This document shows positions 1 through 8,390 of a stretch of 64,000 bases of DNA, one piece after another. The DNA lies in assembly GCA_045863235.1 (NCBI GenBank), contig BTUM01000007.1, positions 64,001-128,000 on the forward strand, written 5' to 3'. A program made the position numbers and the translations under genes. The DNA comes from Candidatus Xenobia bacterium (GTDB lineage: Bacteria > Vulcanimicrobiota > Xenobia > Xenobiales > QWHO01). The stretch's first letter is position 1. Each line of letters begins with the position of its first letter. The notes under the pieces were generated by a model. It had not been told where the DNA came from. It saw nothing but the letters and a program-made list of their open reading frames with translations, and searched no databases.

Positions 1-2065
1 CCAGCGTCGACACCGCCTTCTCCAGGTTCTCAGCCGCCCCGCCGATGAGCTGCAGCCGGGAGTGGCTGCTGCCGGCCCAGAAGAGCCCCAGCTTTTCGGC
101 CAGCTGCTCGGCCTCCGAGCGGGTCAACCGCACCGAGAGCAGTCCTCCCGGCGGGGTCTGCTCCAGAGCCCGATGGCGGCTGGCCAGGAAGGCCAGCAGT
201 TCATCACCGGTCTGCTGGCTGGTCAGGACGCGGGCCACCATCGAGCCCAGGCTGTGACCCAGCGGCTGGCCCACCAGCCCGCGCTGATTCAGCCTGGCGG
301 CCGCGCCCAGCTGGAAGGCAGCCAGTCGCTCGCCGTAGCTCTGACCGGCCAGCCCCTCCGGCAAAACCAGCTCTTCGGCCTGGCCGGGCAACAGGAAGAT
401 GACTTCGCGTCGCTCGCCGCGCGGTCCGAGCACCAGGCCCGGCTCGAGGTAGCTCAGCCGATCGGGAGCAACGGCCAGCTCGCAGCAGGCGGCCTGAAGC
501 TTGCTGCGCGCCTCGTCCACGGAGGCGGCGGTGAACAGGCACAGGAACTCGTGCAACTCGCGCTGCAGGGTCTGGGTGTAGGCGGTGGCCGCCAGGGGGT
601 AGAGGTCGAGCCGGCTCTCGAGCTCGACGAGATAGCTGCGGAGCAGGCTGGGCGAGGGGGCGCTGCAACGAAAGAGCAGTGCCTCTTGAGACTCCGAGAG
701 CCTGGCCGCGGACGGCGCCTCGGACAGGACTGCGAACGCATTGGTTCCTCCGAAGCCGAAGGCGCTCACCCCAGCCCGGCGTTCCTCCTCCGGCCACGGT
801 CTGGCCTCGGTCTCGATGGCGAAGCGGTCGCGGTAGCGCTCGAGCTGGGGGTGCCAGCGCGAGAAGGCGGCCTGTGGGGGAAGAACTCCGTGGTGCACGG
901 CCAGCGCGGCGCGGATCAGCCCGGCCACTCCGGCGGCACTGATGGTGTGGCCGATGTTGGCTTTGATCGAGCCAAGCTGAACCGGTCTCGGGCAGGGCTC
1001 GATGACCTGAGAGAGCGCCTCGAGCTCGATGGGGTCGCCCACCGTCGTGGCAGTACCGTGGCACTCGATGTAGTCCAGGCGGTCGACACCCGAATCGGCC
1101 AGCCCCATCTGGAGCACAAGCCTTTGGCCCTCGCTGACCGGGGTCATCGGGCCGCTGCTGGCCCCATCGGCATTCCAGGCCACGCCGCGAATGACGGCGT
1201 AGATCCGGTCCTGGTCGCGCAGGGCGTGCTCGAGACGCTTGAGCACGACCATGCCGGCCCCCTCGCCCAGAATGAACCCCTCAGACCCCTCGTCGAAGGG
1301 ACGGCACTCTTCCCGGGCCAGAGCGCCCACCCGGCTGAAGGCCAGCAGGTTGTCGGGTAGCACGGCCAGGTAGACCCCTCCGACCAGGGCCACCGGAGCC
1401 GGGCCGGGGCTGTCGGAAAGCCCGCGCAGATATTGCACCGCCTGTACCAGGGCCATCAGCGAGGAGGCGCAGGCGGCATCTACCGCCAGCGAAGGCCCGC
1501 CCAGGTCGTAGAACTGGGAAACCACCCCGGCACACATGCTGAGCTGGTTGCCGGGCAAGGTGTAAATGCGGATAGGCAGACATCGGTCGGCCAGCCTTGT
1601 GGTCAGCTCGTCCGGGGCCGTCTGGCCAAAGTCGCCGTGGGAGGCCTGGCAAAAGCGAGTGTAAACGCCGCAGAGCTGGTTGTACTCGCTGATGCTGGCG
1701 CCAATGAACGTGCCAGTGCGCTGGCGATCAAACGAGCTACCTTCGAGCCCGGCATCTTGCAGAGCCTCGCGGGCCACCTCCAGGGTGAGCCGCTGCTGCG
1801 GATCCATGACTTGACCTCGCCGGGGGGCGATCTGGAAGTAGCGGCCGGGAAACAGGTCGATGTCGTCGAGATAGGCCTGGGTGCGGCTGTGGATGCTCAG
1901 AGGGTCGCGCGCGGGGCGATTGAGGAAATGCTCGTGGTGCCAGCGTCGGTGGGCGATCGGGCGAATGCTGACATGGCGCTGCAGGATGTTCTGCCACAGC
2001 GAATGGAGATCGGGAGCGTCGGGAAAGCGGACTGCCATCCCCACAATGGCGACCGGCGCGTGCAC
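1..2065 (-). CDS. Type I polyketide synthase, KS-AT portion (3' end runs off the window)
   Basis: Manual minus-strand translation from GTG 2065 gives VAIVGMAVRFP, KS triad motifs VDAACASSL, ECHGTATTVGDPIE and KANIGHT, then AT motifs FLLPGQ and GHSLG. Absent from the ORF track because it is incomplete. Confidence 0.92.
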   Translation of the reverse strand, partial: MHAPVAIVGMAVRFPDAPDLHSLWQNILQRHVSIRPIAHRRWHHEHFLNRPARDPLSIHSRTQAYLDDIDLFPGRYFQIAPRRGQVMDPQQRLTLEVAREALQDAGLEGSSFDRQRTGTFIGASISEYNQLCGVYTRFCQASHGDFGQTAPDELTTRLADRCLPIRIYTLPGNQLSMCAGVVSQFYDLGGPSLAVDAACASSLMALVQAVQYLRGLSDSPGPAPVALVGGVYLAVLPDNLLAFSRVGALAREECRPFDEGSEGFILGEGAGMVVLKRLEHALRDQDRIYAVIRGVAWNADGASSGPMTPVSEGQRLVLQMGLADSGVDRLDYIECHGTATTVGDPIELEALSQVIEPCPRPVQLGSIKANIGHTISAAGVAGLIRAALAVHHGVLPPQAAFSRWHPQLERYRDRFAIETEARPWPEEERRAGVSAFGFGGTNAFAVLSEAPSAARLSESQEALLFRCSAPSPSLLRSYLVELESRLDLYPLAATAYTQTLQRELHEFLCLFTAASVDEARSKLQAACCELAVAPDRLSYLEPGLVLGPRGERREVIFLLPGQAEELVLPEGLAGQSYGERLAAFQLGAAARLNQRGLVGQPLGHSLGSMVARVLTSQQTGDELLAFLASRHRALEQTPPGGLLSVRLTRSEAEQLAEKLGLFWAGSSHSRLQLIGGAAENLEKAVSTL

Positions 2066-2146
2066 GGTGCCGGCGCTTCGTCACTCGAAGCGGGGAACCT
2101 GCGCCGGAGGGCGAACCTGGCTCGACCAAGCTCGTTGGAGGATTTC

Positions 2147-2464
2147 GTGAAGCGTGCTCTCATCCTGGTTCTTACCCTGGCTTTGATGTCCCTGGCCCTG
2201 GCCGCCGATACCGCCACCATGAAGGCGACCTTCCTGGGTATCGAGCAGGGAGACTACTTCCACCTCAACGTCAAGGACGAGAAGGGGGAGGAGCGCAGCT
2301 TCTGGATTTCCAATGACGACAGCTTCAAGCCTTTTCTGGAGAAGCCGGAGAGCTACCGGGGCAAGAAGGTCGAGGTGACCTGGCACCGGGTCAAGCGCGA
2401 GATTCCCGAGGCCGGCGGGGAGATGGAGATCGACGAAGCGGTCTCGATTCGCCTGCTGAAGTGA
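2147..2464 (+). CDS. Small secreted hypothetical protein
   Basis: GGAGG RBS before GTG 2147; signal peptide MKRALILVLTLALMSLALAA; this is the C-terminal part of ORF 1433..2464. Confidence 0.8.
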   Translation: MKRALILVLTLALMSLALAADTATMKATFLGIEQGDYFHLNVKDEKGEERSFWISNDDSFKPFLEKPESYRGKKVEVTWHRVKREIPEAGGEMEIDEAVSIRLLK

Positions 2465-3047
2465 GGATCTGCCAGGCCTGGTCCTGAGTCTGAGCGATGG
2501 TGAGCTGGCTGTTGTCCAGGGTGACCGCCCCAAGGTGGCCAGCTTCCCGACGCAAACAGGCTTCCAGGCGGGCGAACTCCTCGGGCGCGTCCAACACCAG
2601 TCGATCGCCACAATCGTTTTTTCGCCGCAGGAAGTAACGGCGCTGGCGCTCGGGTAGCGAGGCGGTCAGGTAGATCGTCTGGTCGAAGCGGGGAAAGAAT
2701 TTCGTTGCCTGGCGCAGCAGGGCGGCCAGCTCGGCGCGCCCATGCCACTCTTCCCAGGCCAGGGTACGCAGCCAGCAAGAGTCCTGCAGGTGCACCTGGC
2801 CTGGACCCGGGAGCACGAAGTGGGCCGCGTCCCACATGTGGGCGGCCACGAACAGCATGGCCGCCCGGTCAGGGTCTCGCTCCAGGTCCTGGCGAAGCCG
2901 GTCGGCCTCGCGCGCCACCGGATTGTCCGGGCACAGGCAGTTTCGTGCCAGGCGAACCTCCAGGCCTTGCTTCTCGAAGCGTCGGGCCAGCTCGGGCACC
3001 AGGCTGGACTTGCCGGCCAGGTCCAGCCCCTCCACCAGGAGCATCAT
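2391..3047 (-). CDS. Thymidylate kinase-like nucleotide kinase
   Basis: MMLLVEGLDLAGKSS P-loop and YLTASLPERQRR lid region; ATGA overlap with the upstream radical SAM gene. Confidence 0.8.
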   Translation of the reverse strand: MMLLVEGLDLAGKSSLVPELARRFEKQGLEVRLARNCLCPDNPVAREADRLRQDLERDPDRAAMLFVAAHMWDAAHFVLPGPGQVHLQDSCWLRTLAWEEWHGRAELAALLRQATKFFPRFDQTIYLTASLPERQRRYFLRRKNDCGDRLVLDAPEEFARLEACLRREAGHLGAVTLDNSQLTIAQTQDQAWQILTSAGESRPLRRSPSPRRPRESRA

Positions 3048-4327
3048 GCCGCCCACGGCGAGACCTCGGGGGCAAATCCGCGGGGAGAGGTGATCATCTG
3101 CAGGAACTCGGCGTGGCTGAGGCCTGAGCGAGGGTCGTAGTAGCTCTTGCGGTCCCATCGGGTCAAGTCCATGGCGTCCAGCTCCTGAACGCTCTTGGAG
3201 CGAAGCCTCTGGAAGGGGGTGGCTCCGGTGGGTCGGGGCACGAAGCCCAGGTCGAGCAGCAGCCGGTGGGTGTAGAGCACGTCCTCGCGACGCTGGCCGG
3301 GCAGCCCCAGCTGGGTGTAGGCTTTGCCCTCCACCCCGTAGCGGGCGAAGTGAGCCGCCACCTGCTCGAGCAGTCGCTCGTCCACCTTGGGGGTCAGCCT
3401 TCGGCTCCGGTCGGCGCACAGGGTCTCGATACCAAAGCCGATGCCCTTCAAGCCAACGCTGGCCAGCTCGGCCACCAGCGCCTCGTCGGCGTAGGGGTTG
3501 ACCAGGTCCACGGATTTGAAGGGAACCTCGGGGCACAGGCGAGCTTTGTGGGCGACGAAGGCTGCGATCCAATCGCGATCCTGCACCAGCAGGGGTGAAT
3601 GAAGCTGGAACAACTGGTAGGGCTCGGGCCCGCGGGAGAGATACTCGACGGTTTGCTCCACCGGTCGTCGGCGGTCCTTGATGCCCTCTTTGCGAGGGGT
3701 GGGACACCAGGCGGCGCAGTTGATGGGGCAACCGCGCGAGATGGTGAAGCTGAGGTCGTCGGTGCGCTTCTCGCGGTGCAGTCGAGCGGTGTGGTAGCCC
3801 GCGGGGTCGATGGCCGCAAGGTCGGGGAAGGGCCACTCGGCGCCCTCCAGAGTGCGGCCCGGGGCGGTATCGTTCCAGTCGTGGCCCCAGCGGTAGCGGA
3901 CCCCGTGCTCGGGGTCGAGGCCCTGGGCCAGGCGCTCGATGGCGTCAGCCAGCACGCGCTCGGGGTCGCCCGAGAGCACGACCACGTCGAAGGGATCGCG
4001 TTGGAAGTAGTGTGGGATGTAGACCAGGCTCTCGCCCCACACCAGGATGCGGGTGGCGGGAGAGATCTCGCGGGCCAGCTCGGCCAGGGCTCGGGCTGCC
4101 GGGGCTTCCCACACCCGGGCCCACAACACCAGGAAGTCGGGCTTGCGGGCCAGGTGGCGCACGATCACCCGCTCGGGGGCTCCCGTCAGGCCGGCCGCTT
4201 CGGTGATCACCTCATGATCGGGGAAGCGGGTCTTGAGGTAGGCGCTGGTGGCCGAGAAGACGGCTTGAAAGTAGTGCAAGGTCTTGTCGAACACCGGAGA
4301 GCTGGGGGAAACGTGCAGGATCTGCAT
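3044..4327 (-). CDS. Radical SAM protein with N-terminal B12-binding-like domain
   Basis: SRGCPINCAAWC cysteine motif, GFGIET and QLGLPGQ motifs, N-terminal Rossmann-like region; GGAGG RBS. Confidence 0.8.
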   Translation of the reverse strand: MQILHVSPSSPVFDKTLHYFQAVFSATSAYLKTRFPDHEVITEAAGLTGAPERVIVRHLARKPDFLVLWARVWEAPAARALAELAREISPATRILVWGESLVYIPHYFQRDPFDVVVLSGDPERVLADAIERLAQGLDPEHGVRYRWGHDWNDTAPGRTLEGAEWPFPDLAAIDPAGYHTARLHREKRTDDLSFTISRGCPINCAAWCPTPRKEGIKDRRRPVEQTVEYLSRGPEPYQLFQLHSPLLVQDRDWIAAFVAHKARLCPEVPFKSVDLVNPYADEALVAELASVGLKGIGFGIETLCADRSRRLTPKVDERLLEQVAAHFARYGVEGKAYTQLGLPGQRREDVLYTHRLLLDLGFVPRPTGATPFQRLRSKSVQELDAMDLTRWDRKSYYDPRSGLSHAEFLQMITSPRGFAPEVSPWAA

Positions 4328-4464
4328 CCGGACCTCCCTTCGTTGGTGGACTCAGCCTATCAGAGCATGGAAAATCCTTCCGTAAGGAAGCTCACGCTCG
4401 AGCTGTGAGCCAGTTAACAAAGCGAGGGTGGATCAAGGGCTCGGAACGCGGCATGATGGCGGCG

Positions 4465-5064
4465 ATGAACGTGGGAGCTGTGAGTCGACCCCTACCGGTT
4501 GTGTCAGCAGGCGACGAGGAGGCCAACCGCCTGCTCGACCGCATGGCGGCCGCCCCGCTGGGTTACTTCGAACGCCGGACTCTGCTCAAAGCCGCCCGCC
4601 GACTGGGCACCGAGCCTCTCCAGCGCCTGTGCGAGGCGGGGGTCAAGATCCGCATTCCCGACGATCCGAATGCTATGCGGGCGGCTTACTACCCGAGCAC
4701 CAAGACGCTCAGCATCGCCCCTCGTCGTCTGGACGTGAGTACCGTGCTGCACGAGCTGGGACACGCCCTGGACGATCTGGCCGCCCCTGACGAGGGAGAG
4801 AAGCCGGTGCTGCGATCCGAGCGCGATCCCAAGCTGCAACAGCTGCACCAGAGCTACTGCCAGCGCGTGGACGAGCTGTCCTGGTGGCAGAAGTTCTGCA
4901 GCAAGACCCTGTGGAGCGATTACGCCCGCACCAGCCCTCAGGAGTATCTGGCCGAGGGCGTGATGGATTTTACCCGCAGCCCTCACCACAATCAGCGGCT
5001 CTTGCAGGCCGACCCTGAGCTCCACGCCTACGTTCAGGGTTTGCTCGTGGACATCAGCGCCTGA
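4465..5064 (+). CDS. Zinc metallopeptidase, anthrax lethal factor/Pro-Pro endopeptidase-like
   Basis: VLHELGHALD and YARTSPQEYLAEG motifs; start could be 4453, 4456 or 4465. Confidence 0.75.
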   Translation: MNVGAVSRPLPVVSAGDEEANRLLDRMAAAPLGYFERRTLLKAARRLGTEPLQRLCEAGVKIRIPDDPNAMRAAYYPSTKTLSIAPRRLDVSTVLHELGHALDDLAAPDEGEKPVLRSERDPKLQQLHQSYCQRVDELSWWQKFCSKTLWSDYARTSPQEYLAEGVMDFTRSPHHNQRLLQADPELHAYVQGLLVDISA

Positions 5065-5106
5065 GGTCCTTCCGCTGTGCAGGACGGCAAGACCTGCGAT
5101 GCTCTC

Positions 5107-6594
5107 TCAGTCCTCGAGCCAGGCCGAGCGGCGCACCAGCCCGTCCGGGCCCAACTCGGCCGGATACAGATGCCCTCCGGCCGGACCCAGGCTGATGTCC
5201 TCGGGCCCGAGCTTGGAGAGCGCCAGGCAGGCTTCCTGGATGCGCTCGCGGGTGATGTCCTGGCGCGAGAGCCAGCTGAGCTTTCCGTCTGGACCGAAAG
5301 TCAGGGTCAGGCCGCCCTTGACCTCGCCCGCCAGGCCCTCGGCTTCCACTCGTTGGCGGGAGAGGAACTCCCAGCGCTCTCGGCCCTGTTGGTCGCGACC
5401 GGTGCGGTAGAGCTGGTAGGCCGAGGCGTCCACTCCCAGCACCTGCTGGTGGCGGCGCAAGAAGCGCACGGGATCGCTGGTCTTCTGCAGCCGGGGTAGC
5501 TCGTCGAACTGGCGCCGCCAGGCCTGCAACTCCTCGGCGCTCAGGAGCTGGCGCTCGCTAAAGACCCGGCTCAGGGTTTCCTCGTGCGCTCCCCCGTAAA
5601 GCTGGCGGTCGGCCGTCAGCATGCAGCGGGCCACCTCCGGGAGCGTGGTGGAGGAGGGGCTGAGCATGGCCACGGCGTGCAGCAACAGCCGTCCCAGCAC
5701 CTCCGCGGCGCTGGAGAGGTTCTGACCGGCGGGCCCGGCCATGGTCACCAGGCAGCGATAGAAGGCCCCGGTGAAGATCTGCCCGTAGGAGTGGTCCTGG
5801 CGGGTGAGCTCGTCCGGCGAGCCGTGCTCGGGCAACTGTTCCATCGGCACGTAGAGAAAGTTGTTGTTGGCGTTGCGCAAGAAGGATCGCTCGTCGGCCG
5901 GGTTCCAGGCCTTGCGCCAGGCCAGCCCGAACTCCTCGGCCACCCGGTTGATGGGGTTGTCGCGCAAGAGGTCGCCCCCCGTCTCGCTCAGGGCCCTCTC
6001 CACCAGGGCGGGCCGCGAGGCCGCCACCAGAATGGCCATGCAGTCGCCGAACGACTCGTGGAAGGCCCGCGAGTGCCCCCCCCAGTCGTACAGGAACTCG
6101 GGTTTGAGCCCGTCGAGCAGAGCGTGGCCGGTCTCGTGGGCCACCACGTCGGCGCACTGGGAGACCTGCACGGTCTTGTCCAGGGGCCGCGAATCGAAGG
6201 AGTAGAACTGGATCGACTCGTCCTGGCGCACGTAGTAGGCGTTCATGCCGTTGCCCTGGTGGGGGCGCACGCCCAGCGAGCGGTCCGAGAAGGCCCACTC
6301 GATGCTCTGGTCGGCCAGTCGCTCGGCCAGGTCCAGGGTCTGCTGCGCGGTCGCGAAGGAGGTGACCTGGTCGAACTGGGGGGTGGACGGCTGCTCGAGG
6401 TAGTTGCCGTCCACGTTGGGTCGGGCCCGCCGATAGAGGGGATCCTCGATCTCCAGGCGCGGCCCTTCCAGGCGGTCGCCCACCTTCTCGGCTTCCAGCG
6501 TCACACTGGTCGGCTGGCTCTCCACCCGGCTGTCTTGCAGGTAGGCGGAGAGCTGCACGGTTCTGGGGAGTGCAGCCACTTGCATGGCTGGCAT
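5107..6594 (-). CDS. M4/M36-like zinc metallopeptidase
   Basis: NAYY, DVVAHETGH, HESFGD and a downstream DH motif, typical of the thermolysin/fungalysin clan. Confidence 0.85.
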   Translation of the reverse strand: MPAMQVAALPRTVQLSAYLQDSRVESQPTSVTLEAEKVGDRLEGPRLEIEDPLYRRARPNVDGNYLEQPSTPQFDQVTSFATAQQTLDLAERLADQSIEWAFSDRSLGVRPHQGNGMNAYYVRQDESIQFYSFDSRPLDKTVQVSQCADVVAHETGHALLDGLKPEFLYDWGGHSRAFHESFGDCMAILVAASRPALVERALSETGGDLLRDNPINRVAEEFGLAWRKAWNPADERSFLRNANNNFLYVPMEQLPEHGSPDELTRQDHSYGQIFTGAFYRCLVTMAGPAGQNLSSAAEVLGRLLLHAVAMLSPSSTTLPEVARCMLTADRQLYGGAHEETLSRVFSERQLLSAEELQAWRRQFDELPRLQKTSDPVRFLRRHQQVLGVDASAYQLYRTGRDQQGRERWEFLSRQRVEAEGLAGEVKGGLTLTFGPDGKLSWLSRQDITRERIQEACLALSKLGPEDISLGPAGGHLYPAELGPDGLVRRSAWLED

Positions 6595-6685
6595 CTTAGC
6601 TTCGACTGTCCGGGTGGGGTTTGCCGGGATGTAAACCTGCGCGTTTCAGGGTTCTTTCAGGTCTGAAGTGTTCCCTGGTGCCATC

Positions 6686-7456
6686 ATGTCACGCCCGATC
6701 AGCCAGCGGTGGCGAAGCGACGTCGCCAGCCTGTGTCTGGACGGAGGAATCGGCTTGCTGGAGAGCGGTGCCGAGACGTCCCGGGTGGAGGAGACCATTG
6801 CCTACCTGGCCTGCGCCTACGGGGTGCCAGTGGAGAGCATGGTCACCCCCACCGGGCTCACGGTCTCGGTGGGGGAGGAGGAGACGACCACCCGCATCGC
6901 CCGCGTCCACCGTCGCAGCATCGACCTGGACAAGGTCACGCGCCTCAACGAGCTCTCCCGCGAGCTGGTGGTGCACAAGGTCGATCTTGAGCAGGCTCTC
7001 ACCCGGGTGGAGGACATTCGCCACGCCCCCCCCGGCTTTGGCCGCTGGACCCAGCTTCTGGCGGCGGCGCTTGGGGGCCTGGGCTACACCGCCCTGGCCG
7101 GAGGGACGGGGGCCGAGCTGCTGGCCGGGGCTCTGGCGGGCCTGCTGGTGCGGCTGCTGGGCGAGCGTTTCTCGAAGGCGTTCCCTCCCTTTGTCACCAC
7201 CTCGCTGGCGGCCTTCGTGGCCACCCTCTGGGCCACCCTGAACGTGGCCCTGCTGGGACTTGACAGCCAGAAGATCGTGCTGGGAGCCATCTTACCCCTG
7301 ATGCCTGGCCTGGCCCTGGTGGCCTCGGTGCGCGATCTGATGGCTGGCGAGCTGGTCAGCGGGTTGGCTCGAGGGGCTGAAGCCATGCTCACGGCTTCCG
7401 CCATCGCCGTGGGTGTCCTGATGGGCCTGAGCCTGCAGAGGAGCTGGGGACTGTGA
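6686..7456 (+). CDS. Threonine/serine exporter family protein (ThrE)
   Basis: LLESGAETSRVEET, IDLDKV and LMPG...SVRDLMAGELVSG motifs; multiple TM helices. Confidence 0.9.
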   Translation: MSRPISQRWRSDVASLCLDGGIGLLESGAETSRVEETIAYLACAYGVPVESMVTPTGLTVSVGEEETTTRIARVHRRSIDLDKVTRLNELSRELVVHKVDLEQALTRVEDIRHAPPGFGRWTQLLAAALGGLGYTALAGGTGAELLAGALAGLLVRLLGERFSKAFPPFVTTSLAAFVATLWATLNVALLGLDSQKIVLGAILPLMPGLALVASVRDLMAGELVSGLARGAEAMLTASAIAVGVLMGLSLQRSWGL

Positions 7457-7896
7457 GCCTGTGGTTGGGAACATTGCTGGGCGGGCTGTCGACGGCCATC
7501 CTGTTCAACGTGCCTCGCAGGCTCGTGCCGCTGGCCCCGCTGGCCGGCCTGGCGGGCTTGCTCGCCTTGCAGCTGGTGGAGGGCCACTATTCCAGGCCCG
7601 GGGCCCTTTTCGTGGCAGCTTTCGCGGTGGGCATGGCCTCCGAGCTCCTGGCCCGCTGGCAGGGCTGTCCCGCCCTGGTCTTTTCGGTCAACGGCATCCT
7701 GCCGCTGGTGCCCGGCGCGGTGGCCTATCGAGGGATGGCGGCCACGGTGCGAGCCGACTACCTGCTGGCGGCCGAGCTCTTGACTCTGGCCTTGCTCTCG
7801 GCCGGGGCCATCGCCACCGGGCTCTTGCTGGCCAGCGCCCTGTGGCGGTTGAGGCCGCGAGCGCGGCTCAACCGAGCAGCCTGCCCCGGAGGATGA
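7453..7896 (+). CDS. ThrE_2 family exporter small subunit
   Basis: ILFNVP and GILPLVPG..AY motifs; GTGA overlap with the ThrE gene. Confidence 0.88.
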   Translation: MSLWLGTLLGGLSTAILFNVPRRLVPLAPLAGLAGLLALQLVEGHYSRPGALFVAAFAVGMASELLARWQGCPALVFSVNGILPLVPGAVAYRGMAATVRADYLLAAELLTLALLSAGAIATGLLLASALWRLRPRARLNRAACPGG

Positions 7897-8207
7897 ACAG
7901 GCCCCAGAAGGCCAGCTCGAGGGGCCAGGAGGATGAACTCCCCGACCCGCCAGAGCAGGACGACCCTTCAGGGAACCAGCAGAAAGAGCAGGTCGGGAAC
8001 GTGTGCCACGACGTAGAGCAGCCACTTCACGACCCTCAGCACGAAGTCCAGGCGAGAGTTCGATTCCACCTTGTCGGGCCCGAGCGCGAACAAGAGCAGG
8101 AAGGGAGTGAGCACCAGAGCGAGCACAAGGCTCAGCTTGAGCCAGGCGAGCAGGGCGGCGCATCCTACGAGGGCACGGAGCAGAACTTCCACGGGGCGAA
8201 AGAGCAC
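7868..8207 (-). pseudogene. Small membrane protein, apparently interrupted (internal TGA at 7968-7970 plus a frameshift near 7921-7924)
   Basis: AGGAG RBS + GTG 8207 and a hydrophobic 79-aa ORF. Hydrophobic reading continues past the stop (RVVLLWRVGEFILLAP) and, after a one-base shift, as LELAFWGLFILRGRLLG*. Confidence 0.4.
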
Positions 8208-8390
8208 GGGTGGCGTCTCCTGTCGATTGGGATCCCCTGGATCTTACCGTCCGGAGCCGCCAAGTCGCCTTCAGGCGCTGCTCGCACGCTTGGCGAGCCA
8301 CTCAAACGGTCGCTCAGGCCTCGACCTGCAGATCAGATGCGCTGCCAGGTCGAAAAGGGGCCTGCCACCTGACTGCGAATGGCGGCTGCT

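Noticed and set aside
62..2146. Long plus-strand ORF 62..1360 and the N-terminal part of ORF 1433..2464
   Set aside because: They are antisense shadows of the PKS gene; only 2147..2464 has an RBS and signal peptide.
2391..3836. 481-aa ORF as a single protein
   Set aside because: The first 262 codons overlap the radical SAM gene in another frame; the kinase begins at ATG 3047.
3044..4327. Calling the radical SAM enzyme a prokaryotic viperin
   Set aside because: It has a B12-binding-like N-domain and an SRGC-type motif, not the viperin CNYxCxFC/GGEP pattern.
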